Shown in pieces: positions 62,778-64,000 of a DNA stretch of 64,000 bases. The notes under the pieces were generated by a model. That model ran no database searches and was not told the DNA's origin. It worked only from the letters and a program-made list of their open reading frames with translations. Source of the DNA: Pirellulales bacterium (GTDB lineage Bacteria; Planctomycetota; Planctomycetia; Pirellulales; PALSA-1355); the NCBI GenBank assembly GCA_963733035.1, contig CAVTBU010000005.1:2400001-2464000 (forward strand), read 5' to 3'. The translations under genes were made by a program, and so were the position numbers. Every line of letters starts with the position of its first letter. Position 1 is the stretch's first letter.

Positions 62778-63620
62778 ATGTCGCGCGCGATCGTGGTCGT
62801 GCCGTGTTACAACGAAGCTCGCCGGCTGAACATGCGGGCCATTCAGGATTTTGGCCGCCGCACCGAGTCGGCCGAGTTGCTGTTCGTCAACGACGGAAGC
62901 CGCGACGAAACCCTGGAATTGCTCGAACATCTCAATACCACGAATCCACGCCGGTTCAGCTTCTTGCACCTGGCCGCCAACCGCGGGAAGGCCGAAGCCG
63001 TGCGGCAAGGCATGCTGATGGCCATTCGCGCGGGCGCCGACTACGTGGGCTTTTGGGACGCCGACCTGGCGACGCCGCTGCTGGACATCGAGCCGTTCTG
63101 CCAAATACTCGATGGCAAACCGCAAATTGACGTAGTCGTTGGCACCCGCATGCGTCTGCTTGGCCACGCCATCGATCGCCGCCCGCTCCGCTATCTGCTG
63201 GGACGCGTGTTTGCCAATACCGCATCGCTGGCCCTGGGGGTCAAGCTCTTCGATACGCAGTGCGGGGCCAAGCTATTTCGGGTGACTCCTTCGCTGGCGG
63301 CCGTTTTGGAACGTCCCTTCTCGACGCGCTGGATCTTCGACGTGGAGATCTTCGCCCGCCTGAAGCAATCGCGGCGTGCCGCGCGATTGCCGCTACTCAA
63401 CGAGGCGATTTACGAGTTTCCGCTCGACGCTTGGCGCGACGTCGCCGGGTCGAACGTCAAGGGGCGCGACTTTGTCAAAGCCTCTTGGGAGCTGGCCCGC
63501 ATCTACTGGACCTACCTTCGCCCCGGCGCACCACCCGCCGTGGCGCTGCCCAAAACCGCCGGTGGCGTGGCAGCACCCGCTGTCCCGCGGGAGTCGCGCG
63601 GCGATCAAAAGGCGGCGTAG
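62778..63620 (+). CDS. Glycosyltransferase family 2 (dolichyl-phosphate glucosyltransferase-like)
   Basis: VPCYNE, VNDGSRD, NRGKAEA, DADL and DTQCGAKLF motifs. Confidence 0.92.
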   Translation: MSRAIVVVPCYNEARRLNMRAIQDFGRRTESAELLFVNDGSRDETLELLEHLNTTNPRRFSFLHLAANRGKAEAVRQGMLMAIRAGADYVGFWDADLATPLLDIEPFCQILDGKPQIDVVVGTRMRLLGHAIDRRPLRYLLGRVFANTASLALGVKLFDTQCGAKLFRVTPSLAAVLERPFSTRWIFDVEIFARLKQSRRAARLPLLNEAIYEFPLDAWRDVAGSNVKGRDFVKASWELARIYWTYLRPGAPPAVALPKTAGGVAAPAVPRESRGDQKAA

Positions 63621-64000
63621 TCGTCATCCGCCAGCTGCGAGGGAGCCGGATCGAAGCCGAATTGCTGGGGGCTGGTAAGAAACTTGGGGGCCTCGCTGGT
63701 TTTGCCTTCGGCACTATGCCAACCAATGTCGAGGCGGTGAACCATGTCGACCGCCTGGCGGAGCCGAAACTTCTCGAACGCCTGCCGCGACACAATCTGG
63801 AATCCGCGCCGCGCTTCGCTCGCCTTCGGCTTCCAGGCCAAAAGCTTCTCCATCCAGGGCTGCTCGGCGATCGGGGGCAGCGCATCCTGACGGCTGAGTC
63901 TCCACTGCGTATCGCGCAGTTGCCACAACGTCCGCAGATCGTCCGGGTCCAGGCAGTAGTCCTCGTCGCTCACGAGGATGACTTCGCCGTGCGTGTGGTC
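63605..64000 (-). CDS. C-terminal part of a hypothetical protein (partial)
   Basis: The frame is open from the window edge to the stop at 63605 and overlaps the GT2 gene convergently. Confidence 0.55.
   Translation of the reverse strand, partial: DHTHGEVILVSDEDYCLDPDDLRTLWQLRDTQWRLSRQDALPPIAEQPWMEKLLAWKPKASEARRGFQIVSRQAFEKFRLRQAVDMVHRLDIGWHSAEGKTSEAPKFLTSPQQFGFDPAPSQLADDDYAAF

Overview
High-GC bacterial chromosomal segment, very probably from a planctomycete (Pirellulales-like). This is inferred from DUF1559 prepilin-like, DUF1501, DUF1080 and PEP-CTERM genes, BlaI/BlaR1-M56 pairs and an archaeal-type topoisomerase VI operon. About 60 CDSs are present, including housekeeping genes (top6B/top6A, rpoD-type sigma, aroE, aguA/aguB, bioD, rsmE, ilvD, DEAD-box helicase, glyA). 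I saw no rRNA, tRNA, CRISPR array, integrase or transposase. About ten 1-2 bp frameshifts interrupt otherwise intact genes, which points to long-read assembly indels rather than real pseudogenes. Four observations stand out. (1) A cobalamin riboswitch heads a DUF1559 pilin-like gene and a PEP-CTERM-anchored DUF4465 protein, a candidate surface B12-capture system with no BtuB/BtuFCD in the window. (2) A BlaI/BlaR1-thioredoxin cassette is bracketed by an identical 95-bp duplication of the 3' end of a beta-lactamase-fold gene. (3) A sigma54-type promoter precedes a ~150-nt highly base-paired intergenic RNA candidate downstream of glyA. (4) A predicted pseudoknotted leader lies upstream of an ankyrin-repeat gene. 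All family calls come from motif recognition by eye; no searches were run.
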